From an uncultured Lachnospiraceae bacterium (GTDB lineage: Bacteria > Bacillota > Clostridia > Oscillospirales > CAG-272): a stretch of 58,013 nt of DNA. Below, piece after piece: positions 8,999-18,500 of the stretch; the stretch's first letter is position 1; the number at the start of each line of letters is the position of its first letter. The stretch is from the NCBI GenBank assembly GCA_964570105.1, contig CAZMWM010000002.1, positions 1 to 58,013 on the forward strand. The letters are read 5' to 3'. Both the position numbers and the translations under genes were made by a program. Under the pieces are notes generated by a model. It did no database searches. It was not told where the DNA came from and saw nothing but the letters and a program-made list of their open reading frames with translations.

Positions 8999-9721
8999 TT
9001 ATCCTTTCTCGCGACAGCACTCAAGAGCCTCGGAAAGCTTCAACGTGCCGCTATAAAGAGATCTTCCGGATATCGCACCGTAAAGCCCCAGCTGTTTAAG
9101 CTCTTTTATGTCCTTTATATCCTTTATTCCGCCACTTGCCGTGATATCACAGCTCACGGATGCCGAAAGCGCCTTGAGCATCTCCAAATTAGGTCCCGTC
9201 AGCGAGCCGTCGCGGCTGATATCCGTAAATATGATATTGCGCACGCCGATATCCTCACATATCTTTGCGAACTCTATATAGTCAACATCGGATGTATCTT
9301 GCCATCCCGAAACGCTGACCTTTCCGTTTCTGGCATCTATACCGACCGATATATGCTCCCCGTAGAGCTTTACAGCCTCGCAAAGCAGATCTCTGTTTGA
9401 TAGCGCCGCGGTTCCGAGAATGACCTTCTCCACGCCAACAGAAAGATATTCCTCGACGGTCTTAAGGTCTCTAATACCTCCGCCGACCTCGGTCCTTATG
9501 TGCAAAGCTGAAACGATATCTTCCACCGTACGCTTACCGGATGCGCGTCCGTCCTTAGCGCCGGAAAGATCCACGATGTGTATAAATTCAGCTCCGGTAT
9601 CCTGAAAAGCGACCGCGGCATCAACGGGATCCTCGGCAACCTTATAAGCTGTGCCGTAATCTCCCTTGTATAGGCGTACAGCCTGAGAGTCAAGTATATC
9701 TATCGCAGGTATTATGATCAT
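8999..9721 (-). CDS. hisA: ProFAR isomerase HisA
   Basis: MIIIPAIDILD..AVRLYKGDY. The ATG at 9721 lies after the hisH stop, and the longer track ORF overlaps hisH. Confidence 0.9.
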   Translation of the reverse strand: MIIIPAIDILDSQAVRLYKGDYGTAYKVAEDPVDAAVAFQDTGAEFIHIVDLSGAKDGRASGKRTVEDIVSALHIRTEVGGGIRDLKTVEEYLSVGVEKVILGTAALSNRDLLCEAVKLYGEHISVGIDARNGKVSVSGWQDTSDVDYIEFAKICEDIGVRNIIFTDISRDGSLTGPNLEMLKALSASVSCDITASGGIKDIKDIKELKQLGLYGAISGRSLYSGTLKLSEALECCREKG

Positions 9722-9758
9722 ATCGCAAGCTCCCTTCAAAGCATCGTTAAAGTGTGTT

Positions 9759-10379
9759 CTATGTGAGGGAAACGAAATTTTTAAGTAAATGCAGACCTGC
9801 TTCACCGCTCTTCTCGGGATGGAACTGCGTACCGTATACGTTTCCGTTTCCGACTATTGCGGTCACATCATTGCCGTATTCGGTGACAGCGTAAAGCTGT
9901 GACGGAACATCGCAAACTCCCATATAGGAATGAACGAAATAAAAACAGCTTCCGTCGTCTATTCCTTCGGTAAGCGGATTTTTATTTACGGTACGTATAG
10001 CATTCCAGCCGATATGTGGGATCTTGTAACGTAAGTCTCCCTTGGGTACCTCAAGCTTTACCACGTCTCCGGATATCAGTCCAAGCCCCTCGCATTCGCG
10101 AAATTCCCAACCTCGGCTGAACAATAACTGCATACCGAGGCAGATACCGAGTATCGGCTTACGGTCGCTCTGCTCGGTGATAAATCCACCGATACCCGTT
10201 TGGCAGAGTGAGTCGACGGCGTCCGGAAAAGCGCCGACACCCGGAAGTATCAGGCTGTCTGCAAGCTCCAGCTCCCTTGTATCACCGGAGATAAAACTGT
10301 TGACTCCTATATATTTCAAAGCGTTCATAACGGAATGAAGGTTACCGCATCCGTAATTTATTATACCGACCTTTGACAT
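9759..10379 (-). CDS. hisH: Imidazole glycerol phosphate synthase glutaminase subunit HisH
   Basis: MSKVGIINYGCGNLHSV, the GICLGMQ catalytic Cys motif and QFHPEKS. GGAAGGAG RBS precedes the ATG at 10379. Confidence 0.9.
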   Translation of the reverse strand: MSKVGIINYGCGNLHSVMNALKYIGVNSFISGDTRELELADSLILPGVGAFPDAVDSLCQTGIGGFITEQSDRKPILGICLGMQLLFSRGWEFRECEGLGLISGDVVKLEVPKGDLRYKIPHIGWNAIRTVNKNPLTEGIDDGSCFYFVHSYMGVCDVPSQLYAVTEYGNDVTAIVGNGNVYGTQFHPEKSGEAGLHLLKNFVSLT

Positions 10380-10411
10380 TTTCCAAGCTCCTTCCAAGAA
10401 TGAACATAAGC

Positions 10412-10996
10412 TTAAAGCGTTCCTTTAGCCGACAGCACTCCGTTGCCGAACGGAGTGACAGCTTCGCCTATCGCGCGAGCCACTGCCTTGAATACCGCTT
10501 CGGTTATATGGTGTTCATTTGAGCCGTGTTCCAGCTTTATATGCAAGGTCGCGCCCATATTTACAGCCAACGCACGCATAAATTCCTCTGTAAGCTGAGC
10601 ATCGTAATCGCCTATAAACGGTGACGTCACGGGAACATCGTAATAAAGATACGGTCTGCCGCTTATATCCACCGCGCAGAAAGCAAGTGCCTCATCCATA
10701 GGAAGAAAGCTTTCGCCAAACCGTCTTATATTCGCGCGATCACCGAGTACCTCGGCAAACAGCTTTCCGAGAACTATACCGACATCCTCTACGGAATGAT
10801 GACCGTCCACCCCAAGATCTCCGAGCATTTCAAGCTCGATCAAATAACCGCCGTGAACGCAGAACGAATTTAACATATGGTCAAAAAAGCCTATTCCGCT
10901 TCCGCCCTCGAGCTTACCGCACCCGAGCTTATCCAAGGTCAGCGACATCTTGATATCCGTCTCCTTGGTCTTTCGTGATAAAGTTGCTGTTCTCAT
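10412..10996 (-). CDS. hisB: Imidazoleglycerol-phosphate dehydratase HisB
   Basis: RKTKETDI..., GFFDHML and GDL.VD.HH..ED motifs; 194 aa. Confidence 0.9.
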   Translation of the reverse strand: MRTATLSRKTKETDIKMSLTLDKLGCGKLEGGSGIGFFDHMLNSFCVHGGYLIELEMLGDLGVDGHHSVEDVGIVLGKLFAEVLGDRANIRRFGESFLPMDEALAFCAVDISGRPYLYYDVPVTSPFIGDYDAQLTEEFMRALAVNMGATLHIKLEHGSNEHHITEAVFKAVARAIGEAVTPFGNGVLSAKGTL

Positions 10997-11049
10997 GATC
11001 GTACCGTTGCCTTCGCATAAGCAAAAGCTCCCTTTCGAAATAATTGTGA

Positions 11050-12126
11050 CTACCTCGCAAGCTCCTTCAAAATAACTGTAAGCTCGCGGATAAACTCGGT
11101 ATTTTCGGCTTTAGTTCCGGCAGTCACCCGAAGTCCTCCGTTCATAAGGCGAACGGATATCCGTCTTTGATGCAACCGTGCGTGTACGCTTGATGCTTTT
11201 TTTGCATCGCAAAAGCGTACGTATATAAAATTCGTATCGCTTTCTTCCACCTTAAAGCCGCCAAGCTCCGAAAGTCGGTCGACTTCGGTGTACAGCTCGC
11301 CGACTTCCTGCTTGATCTTATTGATATTTTCAAGAATGCCGTCAAAATTTCGCATTGCCGCCGCGACCGCAGCTTGAGTAAGCGTATTCATATTGTACGG
11401 ACTTTTCGTCTTTTTGAGCGCGTTTATCAAAGGAAGCGGACCGATGGCAAACCCACACCTCAGTCCTGCAAGCCCCAGCTTTGACACGGTCTTGAGAACT
11501 ATAAGGTTACCGTGGTTTTGGACCTCGCTGACCAGGGAGCGTCCTTTACGCGCAAATTCCATATACGCTTCGTCGATCACCACCGGCACGTCCACAGCCT
11601 CAACAAATCTGAGTATCTCGGCACTGTCCTCAAGTACTCCCGTCGGATTACAGGGATTGGACAGCATAACAAGTCCTACTTTTTCACGCGTGGCTATCTC
11701 GGCAAGCTCACCGAAATCTATTCGCATCCCGTCCTTTTTTTCATACGTCACGACGTCCGTTCCCGAAAACTCGGAATAAAATTCATACATCGAAAAATCC
11801 GGGGCGCAAAGCAATATCCTGCCACCGTCACACAGAAAAGTATTGATGATCAGATTTATAAGCTCGTCCGAGCCGTCTCCGGCTACCAAAAGCTCGGAAG
11901 CTACTCCGAGATGCTCCCCGTACGCGGATAGAAGCTCCTTCATTTCCGGATCCGGGTAACGGTTAAGTGTACAAAGCTCTCTGTTAATGGTATCCAAAAC
12001 CGCGACACGGCATTTTTCCGGCAACTCGAACGGACATTCGTTCGCATCAAGCTTTATCGACGGCGATGACGTATCGGGAACGTATTCCTTCATTCGGTCG
12101 ATCCTGTCCGGAATATATTTGTTCAT
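11050..12126 (-). CDS. hisC: Histidinol-phosphate aminotransferase HisC
   Basis: 358-aa class-II aminotransferase (LDANECP, NPCNPTG, TVSKLGLAGLR) sitting within the his operon. Confidence 0.85.
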   Translation of the reverse strand: MNKYIPDRIDRMKEYVPDTSSPSIKLDANECPFELPEKCRVAVLDTINRELCTLNRYPDPEMKELLSAYGEHLGVASELLVAGDGSDELINLIINTFLCDGGRILLCAPDFSMYEFYSEFSGTDVVTYEKKDGMRIDFGELAEIATREKVGLVMLSNPCNPTGVLEDSAEILRFVEAVDVPVVIDEAYMEFARKGRSLVSEVQNHGNLIVLKTVSKLGLAGLRCGFAIGPLPLINALKKTKSPYNMNTLTQAAVAAAMRNFDGILENINKIKQEVGELYTEVDRLSELGGFKVEESDTNFIYVRFCDAKKASSVHARLHQRRISVRLMNGGLRVTAGTKAENTEFIRELTVILKELAR

Positions 12127-12169
12127 TATCTAAATGCTCCATTTCATTATATTCAGCCGAAAGCGCCAC

Positions 12170-13465
12170 TCAAAGCTTACCGTCTGTGTTCCGGGCGTTC
12201 ACTCTGATCTCTATCGAATTTGCGTGAGCGGTAAGTCCCTCGGCTCTTGCAAATCTTATAACGTCGTCACTTGCATGTCTGAGCGCGTCCTCGGAATAAT
12301 ACAGATAGCTCGATCTCTTAACGAAGCTGTCCACCGAAAGAGCCGACGAAAAACGCGCCGTGCCGTTCGTGGGCAACACGTGATTGGGACCGGCGTAATA
12401 ATCACCGAGCGGCTCCGGTGAATAACATCCGAGAAATACCGAGCCTGCGTTCCTTACCTTGCCAAGCAATTCAAATGGCGACTCCACCATAAGTTCAAGA
12501 TGCTCGGGAGCTATAAGATCCGAAATGCGAGCCGCTTCATCAAGCCCGTCAACGACTATTATCGAGCCGTAGCTGTCGAGCGAACGCCTTATGATATCTG
12601 CTCTCGAAAGATATGATAGCTGTTTTTCGATCTGCTCTTCTACCTCGCGAGCAAGAGATGCGGAGGTGGTGATCAAGATCGATGCCGCCATCGGATCATG
12701 CTCCGCCTGGCTCATAAAATCCGCCGCAACGTACGCCGGATCGGCAGTTCCGTCGGCAATGACGAGCACCTCGCTCGGTCCGGCAAACATATCTATATCT
12801 ATCTTTCCGGCAACCATCCTTTTCGCCGTGGCAACAAAGATATTGCCCGGTCCCACTATCTTATCGACGGGCTTTACGCTCTCCGTTCCGTACGCCATAG
12901 CCGCGACGGCTTGCGCCCCCCCGACGGTAAGTATATCCGAAACTCCTGCAAGCTTCGCCGCGTACGCCACGGCAGGAAGTATCCCCTCGGGCTTCGGAGG
13001 AGTTGCCATAACTATGCTTTCGACGCCGGCTACCTTTGCCGGTATCGCATTCATAAGAACGGAAGAGGGATATGCCGCAGTTCCGCCCGGAACGTAAAGT
13101 CCTACGCGTCTGAGCGGAAGCACGCGCTGTCCCATTATACGGTCTCCGCTATTATCGATCCAGCTCTGCTGTTTTTGCTTTTCATGAAAAGAATAAATGT
13201 TTTCAGCCGCTCTTTCCATAGCCGCCTTAAGCTCCGGAGGGACCTTGGTGCACGCCTCCTCCTTCTGCTCTTCTGTCATATACAGTTCATTCAGTTTGAC
13301 GTGATCGAAGCGTTCACTGTAATCCCGAAGTGCGGCATCTCCGTCTTTACGCACTACGCCGATTATTTCCTTTACTGCGGCGTTTATGCTCTCATTATCC
13401 TGATCGGCTCGTTTCTCCAGTAATCCTATAAGCTCCGAAGCATCGTTCTTGCTGTAAAGTTTCAT
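12170..13465 (-). CDS. hisD: Histidinol dehydrogenase HisD
   Basis: YVPGGTAAYPSSVLM, QAEHDP and GDYYAGPNHVLPT motifs. The ATG at 13465 is preferred over the upstream GTG at 13477. Confidence 0.9.
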   Translation of the reverse strand: MKLYSKNDASELIGLLEKRADQDNESINAAVKEIIGVVRKDGDAALRDYSERFDHVKLNELYMTEEQKEEACTKVPPELKAAMERAAENIYSFHEKQKQQSWIDNSGDRIMGQRVLPLRRVGLYVPGGTAAYPSSVLMNAIPAKVAGVESIVMATPPKPEGILPAVAYAAKLAGVSDILTVGGAQAVAAMAYGTESVKPVDKIVGPGNIFVATAKRMVAGKIDIDMFAGPSEVLVIADGTADPAYVAADFMSQAEHDPMAASILITTSASLAREVEEQIEKQLSYLSRADIIRRSLDSYGSIIVVDGLDEAARISDLIAPEHLELMVESPFELLGKVRNAGSVFLGCYSPEPLGDYYAGPNHVLPTNGTARFSSALSVDSFVKRSSYLYYSEDALRHASDDVIRFARAEGLTAHANSIEIRVNARNTDGKL

Positions 13466-13658
13466 ATTTATAACCACGCCTTTCTAAATCATAGCAGTTT
13501 TGTGACGGTTTCGGCTTTGCCGAAATGCGATCGTTCAGATCGCAAGGCACAAAACGCATCTGAAAGATTTATCTTTCAGACTTTGACACTGCCTTTCTTA
13601 AGTCTGTAGCACGGAGACGGGACGTCCCGTCATTCACTCGGAAAGCCGCGTTCCGCGC

Positions 13659-14300
13659 TCATACATTACGTCTTTCTCTCACGACCTTTTTAAGACCTGA
13701 GAGAAGCTTATCAAATTCCTCTTTCTTCATTTTGACCGAAGCCGTATTTGCAATGAAGCGAGCCGAGATATCCGCTACGTCCTCGTATACCTCAAGCCCA
13801 TTTGCTTTAAGCGTAGAGCCGGTCTCGACTATATCAACGATGGCATCTGAAAGTCCGAGAAGGGGAGCAAGCTCCACGCTTCCGTCTATCTTTACCACCT
13901 CGACGTCCACGCCCAAGGAATTGAAATAATTCTTAGTGACGTTGGGGTATTTCGATGCGATCACTTTATGTGAATAACCGTCATAAAAGCTTTTCCCCTT
14001 GATACCTGCAAGAGCAAACCGACATTTACCGAATTCAAGGTCAAGAAGCTCGTATATCGATGCCCCTGCCTCCATTATGGTGTCCTCGCCGACGATACCG
14101 CCGTCGCACACACCGTGTTCAACATAAGTTATAACGTCGGCGGCTTTAGCGAGCACTATCTCTATATCGTCGCCCACGCGAAATAAAAGCTTTCTTCCCT
14201 TCTTATCCTCATCAAGTTCGCTTACGTCATATCCGCTGAGCGCAAGATAATCAAGCGCTTTCTTTTCTATCCTTCCCTTAGTAAGAGCAAGCCTTAACAT
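13659..14300 (-). CDS. hisG: ATP phosphoribosyltransferase catalytic subunit HisG (short form)
   Basis: MLRLALTKGRIEK..., about 213 aa (short HisG, consistent with hisZ being present). GGAGA RBS lies 6 nt before the ATG at 14300. Confidence 0.9.
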   Translation of the reverse strand: MLRLALTKGRIEKKALDYLALSGYDVSELDEDKKGRKLLFRVGDDIEIVLAKAADVITYVEHGVCDGGIVGEDTIMEAGASIYELLDLEFGKCRFALAGIKGKSFYDGYSHKVIASKYPNVTKNYFNSLGVDVEVVKIDGSVELAPLLGLSDAIVDIVETGSTLKANGLEVYEDVADISARFIANTASVKMKKEEFDKLLSGLKKVVRERRNV

Positions 14301-14358
14301 TTTGATCTCCATTCTGCCGCACGGAGCGGCGCAAATACTGTATGAAATTGACGAAAGC

Positions 14359-15525
14359 TTAAAGCTCAAAGCACTGTATATCTCCGTTGCCCCTAAATAG
14401 CTTTATAAGCTTGATACCGAGCTTTTCGGCATACCCCTCGGCATCCGTGATATCGCCGTACGGCGACAGCTCGCTCTCCGGGTGAGCATCGCAATATGCG
14501 ATCGCCGCGCCAAGAGCCTCGCATTCAAATACCACAAGCTCCGATAAGGTCTTGTTTTTTCCGACATCGCGCTGTCCGCTCCTTAAAAGCGTGTCAGCGA
14601 CCGTACTCAGATTTATACCGAAGCCCGTTGCCGGAAGCTCGCGGTCAAAATTAGCCACCAGCCGATCGTAACGACCACCCGTGAGCACACATTCTCCGGC
14701 GCCCTCCATATAACCCCTGAATACAGCTCCGGTATAATAATCAAGCGTATGAACTATACCGAGATCTATCATTATCCTGTCTTTATATCCGGCACGGCAC
14801 AGGGCGTCGTAAAGCTGTTTTAGATAGGCGAGAGCCGAAAGTGCCTCCGTGTTGCCGTCTGCAAGCGCCTCAGCTCTTGAGAACACCTCTTCTCCGCCGA
14901 AAAGAAACGGTATCTCCTTGATCTTATCGGAAGCGGTTATCTTATTCGTATCCTTAGCTTCAACGAGACGTCTGAGCTTATCGGACTGCTCCGCATCAAG
15001 CTCAAGCTCCCTTGTAAGCGCATTATAATAACCGACGTGTCCTATCTCAAGCTTATTATCCACACCGAAGGTATCAAGAGTTTTGAGCGCATATATCATA
15101 CACAGAAGATCGCTGTGCACCCCGGATGCTCCGAGCATCTCTATCCCGCTTTGGAATATCTCGCTCCTTCTTCCGGTATGCCCTGCATTCTGCCTGTAAA
15201 CTCTTTGATGATAGAATAGCTTATACAGACCGTCACTTGAAAGTCTCGTTGCCGCAACACGTGCTATTGGCGTCGTGTTGTCAGCGCGTAGAACGAGGAG
15301 GCTCCCGTCAAGGTCGCTCAGCTTATACATCCGCTCCTCGGCAAGAGCGCTACAGGTCTTGAATACGTCGTAATATTCGACGCCGGGCGTTACTATTTCG
15401 GAAAATCCGTTGCGCCCGTACAGTTCTGTCAGCGCATCGGTAAGCTCGCGGTATATCTTTGCTTCCCCGAACAGCAGATCTCTCGTACCGTTCGGAATGT
15501 TTTTGTTTTTATTCGTCATCAACAT
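14359..15525 (-). CDS. hisZ: ATP phosphoribosyltransferase regulatory subunit HisZ (HisRS paralog)
   Basis: HisRS-like catalytic core (GTRDLLF, YRQN..GR.SEF.Q.G.E) without an anticodon-binding domain, directly upstream of short hisG. The ATG at 15525 has an AGAAAGG RBS. Confidence 0.8.
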   Translation of the reverse strand: MLMTNKNKNIPNGTRDLLFGEAKIYRELTDALTELYGRNGFSEIVTPGVEYYDVFKTCSALAEERMYKLSDLDGSLLVLRADNTTPIARVAATRLSSDGLYKLFYHQRVYRQNAGHTGRRSEIFQSGIEMLGASGVHSDLLCMIYALKTLDTFGVDNKLEIGHVGYYNALTRELELDAEQSDKLRRLVEAKDTNKITASDKIKEIPFLFGGEEVFSRAEALADGNTEALSALAYLKQLYDALCRAGYKDRIMIDLGIVHTLDYYTGAVFRGYMEGAGECVLTGGRYDRLVANFDRELPATGFGINLSTVADTLLRSGQRDVGKNKTLSELVVFECEALGAAIAYCDAHPESELSPYGDITDAEGYAEKLGIKLIKLFRGNGDIQCFEL

Positions 15526-15582
15526 ATCAAAATTGACCTTTCTGTTGGATATGCGGTGCACGTAAGCGACCGCAGGAGCTTT

Positions 15583-18500
15583 TCAGAAGAATCTTATCTG
15601 GTTGGTATCGTCAAGTCCTTCAAGCACGCCGTTTCTTTTCAGTATCTCGACGTGAGTTTTAGAAAGTCCCGCTTTTTGCTGAAGCTCTTCTACCGAGAGC
15701 AACGTTTCCGAGTCGGATACGCTTTCGATAGCCTCAGCGGCTTTTTCGCCAAGCCCCGGGAGCGCGGAAAACGGTATTCTCAATTTTCCGTCCTCGGGAA
15801 GAAAGACCTTCGCCCTTGATCTGTACAGGCGCGGCGGAAGAAATTCGAAGCCTCTCGCGTAAAACTCCACCACGAGCTGCCATATCGGGATCATATCCTT
15901 TTCGGCGGCGGTGGCATCCTTTCCTCTGGTGTTTATGTCAGCGATACATTCTCTCAGATATTCTTTTCCTTTGAGTGCAGTTTCCGCATCAAATCCGCCC
16001 GGAGCGACCGTAAGCATTCCGGCGTAAAAAGCAAGCGGATAATATATCTTATACCAACCGAGACGTATCGCGGTTATATCGTACGCGACCGCGTGAGCCT
16101 TCGGAAACATGTACTCTATCTTATTGCAGGAATCGATATACCATTGATCCACATTATGGCTCTTCATTATCTCTATCTGCTTTTCCGAAAGGAACTTGTT
16201 CTTTTTACGAACGGTCTCCATTATATTGAAGGCATCGCTCGGATCAAGTCCCGCGTGCATAAGATAGACCATTATCGAGTCACGTGTTCCGATACATTCG
16301 GATATCGTGCAGGTACCGTCGGCTATCAAGTCCCTCGCGTTATCGAGCCACACGCCGGTGCCGTGTGAAAGCCCGGAGATCTGAAGCAGGTCTGAAAACG
16401 TCTTTGGCTGTGCTTCCTTGAGCATCTGTCGAACGAACGGCGTTCCAAGCTCCGGAAGCCCGAACGTTCCCGTCTCGCAATCTATATCCTCCGGTCTTAC
16501 TCCCAAAGGCTCCGGCGTTAGGAGCAGATCGTATACCTTTCGGTCATTCATCGGGATGTCCGCGATCTTAACGCCCGAAAAACGTTCCATATAAACGTAT
16601 TTCGTAGGAACATCGTGTCCGAGACAGTCAAGCTTCAGGATAGTATCGTGCAGGTGGTTGAAATCGAAATGCGTGGTTATTACGGTGGATCTCGGATCGT
16701 CAGCCGGATGCTGTACCGGTGTAAAGTCGTATATCTCGTATTCGTGCGGAATAACGACTATTCCTCCGGGATGCTGTCCTGTCGTACGCTTGACACCGAC
16801 ACATCCGTTAATGAGACGTTGTATCTCGGCGCGGTTGAGATTTATCCCACGCTCGTCCATATATTTCCGTACAAAACCGAACGCAGTCTTTTCGGCGAGC
16901 GATCCGAGCGTACCGGCGCGAAAAACGTTTTCTGCACCGAAAAGCTCTTCGCAGTATTTATGCGCATCACCTTGGACATCTCCCGAGAAATTGAGGTCTA
17001 TATCCGGAGATTTTTCTCCCTTGAAGCCCAAAAACGTCTCAAAAGGTATTTCGTGACCGTCACATATCATAGGAATACCGCAATTCGGACAATTCTTATC
17101 CGGAAGATCAAATCCGGAGCCGACCTCGCCGTTAAGGAAAAATTCACTGTGGCGGCATTTTGCGCAGCGGTAATGCGGTGGGAGAGGGTTGACCTCCGAA
17201 ACACCCGCCATCGTTGCCACGAACGAAGAGCCGACCGAGCCTCGCGAGCCGACCAGATATCCGGCACGCTCGCTGTTTGCTATCAGCTTTTGAGCGATCA
17301 TATACAAGACTGCAAATCCGTTATCTATGATAGGCTTAAGCTCTCTGTTCAGCCTATCCTCCACGACCTTGGGGAGTTGGTCTCCGTACCATTCGTGTGC
17401 GCGCTTCCAGCAGATCTCCTGAAGCTCCTCGTCGACACCGTCCATTTTAGGCGTGTACGAGCCTTTAGGTATAGGGCGAATATCACCGTCTATCATATCG
17501 GCGATCTTATTCGTATTTTCGACGACGACCTCGTACGCTTTTTCCTCACCGAGATATGCAAATTCGGCAAGCATCTCCTCGGTCGTACGGAAATAGAGCT
17601 TGGTCTCTCTGTCGGCGTCCGCAAATTTTCCGTGAATAAGCACCTGGCGGTATATCTCGTCCTCGGGATTTAAAAAATGCGCGTCACAGGTGGCGCATAC
17701 GGGCTTACCAAGCTCTTCTCCGAGCTTTACGATCTTGCGGTTAAAGCCACGTAGCATCTCCCAATTTTTTTGTCCGTCGGGCGTCTTTGCATCGCCCTTA
17801 TCAAGCATAAAAGCGTTATTTGACAGCGGTTGTATCTCAAGATAATCGTAAAATTCCGCTATTCTTTTAAGCTCGTCATCGGGCTTGTCCTCGACCACGG
17901 CTCTGAAAAGCTCCCCGGCTTCACACGCAGAGCCGACTATTATCCCCTCGCGCAGTTCACCCATAAGAAGAGTTTTGGGCACCCGAGCCGTGTAATAAAA
18001 GTAATCTATATAGCTTTTTGAGACTATTTTATACAGATTTTTCAGTCCTGAGGAGTTTTTGGCGAAAAGTATGACGTGGTACGTATTTTTGATCTTTTTG
18101 GGATCGGCGTGCTCCGCCATCACCCTGACCATGCCGTGGATATCGGTTATTCCCTCTTCCCTAAGCTTTAGCGTAAGCCTGTACAGTATCTTTGCCGTGA
18201 TCTCCGCATCGTCGCAGGCGCGGTGGTGATGGAAATCCTCAAGCTTGAAATAATCCTTGAGCGCATCCAGATTGTGTCGCTTAAGATCCGTGTTAACGTA
18301 TCTCGAAACAGCCAATGTGTCAAGATAGGTATTGCTGAATCTCATACCACATTCATTACATGCGCGACGTATGAAGCTCGTATCGAACGAAGCGTTGTGA
18401 GCTACGAGCATTGAGTCTCCCGCAAATTCCAGAAACGCTTTTAAGGCATCTTCGAGCTTCGGTGCACCCTTCACGTCCTCATCGGTTATGGACGTAAGAG

